Shown: in pieces, positions 49,429-51,342 of the stretch
Numbering within the stretch: position 1 is the stretch's first letter
How the letters are laid out: each line of letters opens with the position of its first letter
Origin: Solirubrobacteraceae bacterium
GTDB lineage: Bacteria; Actinomycetota; Thermoleophilia; Solirubrobacterales; Solirubrobacteraceae
Direction: 5' to 3'
Length of the DNA: 51,342 nt
Assembly: GCA_035719985.1 (NCBI GenBank)
Contig: DASTPN010000010.1
Location: forward strand, 1 to 51,342
Notes under the pieces: generated by a model
Seen by the model: the letters and a program-made list of their open reading frames with translations, nothing else
The model's database searches: none
What the model was told of the DNA's origin: nothing
Translations under genes and position numbers: made by a program

Positions 49429-51342
49429 GTAGCTCACCCCCCAACTCTTCGAGCGCCTGCACGATCCGCTCGCGCAGCGGCACCACATCGGCGTCGGTGA
49501 GCGTGCGATCAGGGGCGCGGAAGCTCAGCGACAGCGCCAGCGAGCGCCGACCCTCCCCCACTTGCTCGCCGCTGTAGACGTCGAAGACCTCGACGCTGTC
49601 GAGCAAGTCGCCGCCGGCGGCCCGCACCAACTCGCTCGCGCGTGCCGCGGGGACGTCTTGGGAGAGTACGACCGCCAGGTCTTGACGCAGGCCCGGGTAG
49701 GAGATGACGTCCCGGTAGCGGTGCTCGCCGGCGCTTGCCAGCACCAGCAGCCGGTCGAAGTCGAGTTCGATCGCAGCGGCGCCGTCGAGGTCCCATTCGC
49801 GCGCGACGAGTGGATGCAGCTCGCCCAACCAGCCGATCTCCGTCCCACCGGAGCGCACGCTCGCCGAGCGCCCGGGGTGCAAGAACGGCTGGTCGGCCGG
49901 CGTGCACTGGAGCGGCACTCGCAGCGCCTGGCCGAGGCTTTCCAGCACCCCCTTGGCGGCGAAGAAGTCAGCCTTTGCCGGTTCGCCCCCACCCCAGCTC
50001 ACAGGAGCGATCCGGCCCGTCATCACCACTGCCAGCGAACCGCGTTCACCGACCCCTGTCTTGCCGTCCGCGGCGAACACCCTCCCCTGCTCAAACAGGT
50101 GCAGGTCGGCCATCCCGCGTGCGGTGTTGTGACGGGCGACGTCCAGCAGCGATCCGAGCAGCGTCGTGCGCAGTAGCGACTGGTCCTCTGACAGTGGGTT
50201 CTCGAGCACGGGGGCACGGCGGCGAGGATCGCCGGCCGGCAGGTGCAGCCGGTCATGTAGTCCCGGGGCTGTGAACGTCCAGCCGACCGCCTCGTAGAGC
50301 CCGCGCCCGACCAGCGCGTCGAGCGCGCGGCGGCGCAGGCGCTGGGTATCTGACAGCCGCCCCGAGGCGCCGCGGCGCGCAGGCAGCGTCGCCGGCAGCT
50401 CACCGAGCCCGTTGATACGCGCGACCTCCTCGATCAGGTCGGCTTCGCGGGTGACATCCTGGCGCCGCAGTGGTGGCACGGTCACCTCGAGCGCGGGATC
50501 GCCGGCGGACACATCTCCGCCGGTTCCGCCAGGCACATCGGCCGCCGCCTCGGCCACCGCATCGACAGCGGCGAAGTCGAGCGCCGTAAGGATCTCCCGC
50601 TGACGCTCGCGCGGCACCGCCATACCCAGGATCGATTCGACCCGCCGCTCGCGCAGCGCGATCGTCAGCGGCGGCGGCGAGGGCTCGCCGATGTCGATCG
50701 TGCCCGGCAGCATTCGCGCGTCGCACAGCTCGATCATCAGCTTTGTCGCGATCGCCTGGGCGTGCAGGCACTGCTCGGGCGCGAGCCCCTTCTCAAAGCG
50801 CCCCGAGGCCTCGCTGCGCAGCCCTAGCGCCCAGGAGGTGCGGTGGATGTTCGGCCCGCTCCAGTTGGCGACCTCCATCAGCACGCGTGTGGTGCCCTCA
50901 TGCACCTCCGAGCGCTCGCCGCCCATAATCCCGGCGATCGAAGTCGGACCGTCCGCGTCCTCGATCACGACCATCTCGGTGTCGAGCGTCCGGGCCTGTC
51001 CGTCGAGCGTTGTGACCTGCTCGCCTTCGCGCGCTCGCCGAACTGTCAACGTGGCGCCCGCTACGCGATCGAGGTCGAAGGCGTGTAGCGGCTGCCCAGT
51101 CAGCAGCATCGCGTAGTTGGTGATGTCGACCACGTTGTTGATCGGACGCATCCCCGCCCCGATCAGCCGCGCCTTCAGCCACAGAGGCGAGGGACCGATC
51201 TCGACGTCTGTGAACACCCTCGCGGTGAACCGCGGGCACAGGTCCGGCACCTCGACCGTGACCGAGGCGTGGTCCTCGGCCTTCCCCTCTCCGGTGGCCT
51301 CGGCGTCCTCATCCCAGGGCGGGTCGGCCAGCTCGGCGCCGG
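49421..51342 (-). CDS. pheT: phenylalanyl-tRNA synthetase beta subunit (5' part beyond the window)
   Basis: CPRF, RPINNVVDITNY, GQPLHAFD, RFEKG, R.D..READLIEEVARI, NPLSED, HPGRSA, FDX-ACB domain FDVY.G. Confidence 0.97.
   Translation of the reverse strand, partial: GAELADPPWDEDAEATGEGKAEDHASVTVEVPDLCPRFTARVFTDVEIGPSPLWLKARLIGAGMRPINNVVDITNYAMLLTGQPLHAFDLDRVAGATLTVRRAREGEQVTTLDGQARTLDTEMVVIEDADGPTSIAGIMGGERSEVHEGTTRVLMEVANWSGPNIHRTSWALGLRSEASGRFEKGLAPEQCLHAQAIATKLMIELCDARMLPGTIDIGEPSPPPLTIALRERRVESILGMAVPRERQREILTALDFAAVDAVAEAAADVPGGTGGDVSAGDPALEVTVPPLRRQDVTREADLIEEVARINGLGELPATLPARRGASGRLSDTQRLRRRALDALVGRGLYEAVGWTFTAPGLHDRLHLPAGDPRRRAPVLENPLSEDQSLLRTTLLGSLLDVARHNTARGMADLHLFEQGRVFAADGKTGVGERGSLAVVMTGRIAPVSWGGGEPAKADFFAAKGVLESLGQALRVPLQCTPADQPFLHPGRSASVRSGGTEIGWLGELHPLVAREWDLDGAAAIELDFDRLLVLASAGEHRYRDVISYPGLRQDLAVVLSQDVPAARASELVRAAGGDLLDSVEVFDVYSGEQVGEGRRSLALSLSFRAPDRTLTDADVVPLRERIVQALEELGGELRG

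Overview
High-GC bacterial chromosome segment. It is probably from Actinomycetota; a Thermoleophilia/Solirubrobacterales-like origin is inferred from gene order and protein style, not from a search. Most of it is core metabolism: leuA-serA-serC-ilvC, an o-succinylbenzoate menaquinone cluster (menE/B/A/C/H/D/F plus a methyltransferase) lying between ilvBN and ilvC, gatCAB, folD, pcrA, a Qng1-like queuosine salvage gene, cysE/cysK/rrf2, an HDOD-LuxR regulator, gltX, nfo, dnaE and pheT-argCJBD-tauE-argG. No tRNA, rRNA, CRISPR array or transposase was recognised. The most interesting items are: (1) two paralogous, oppositely oriented cassettes, each pairing an unnamed two-TM Cys-pair protein with a DUF2142/GT-C-like membrane glycosyltransferase; one follows a GT2 gene and splits cysK from cysE; (2) a candidate ~220-nt sRNA downstream of gatB with three CU-rich, anti-SD-like loops; (3) a Leu6 leader peptide whose codons can pair with the leuA RBS; (4) pervasive leaderless promoters and two head-to-head gene pairs with the same 11-bp architecture; (5) a sigma28-like promoter on the HDOD-LuxR fusion.
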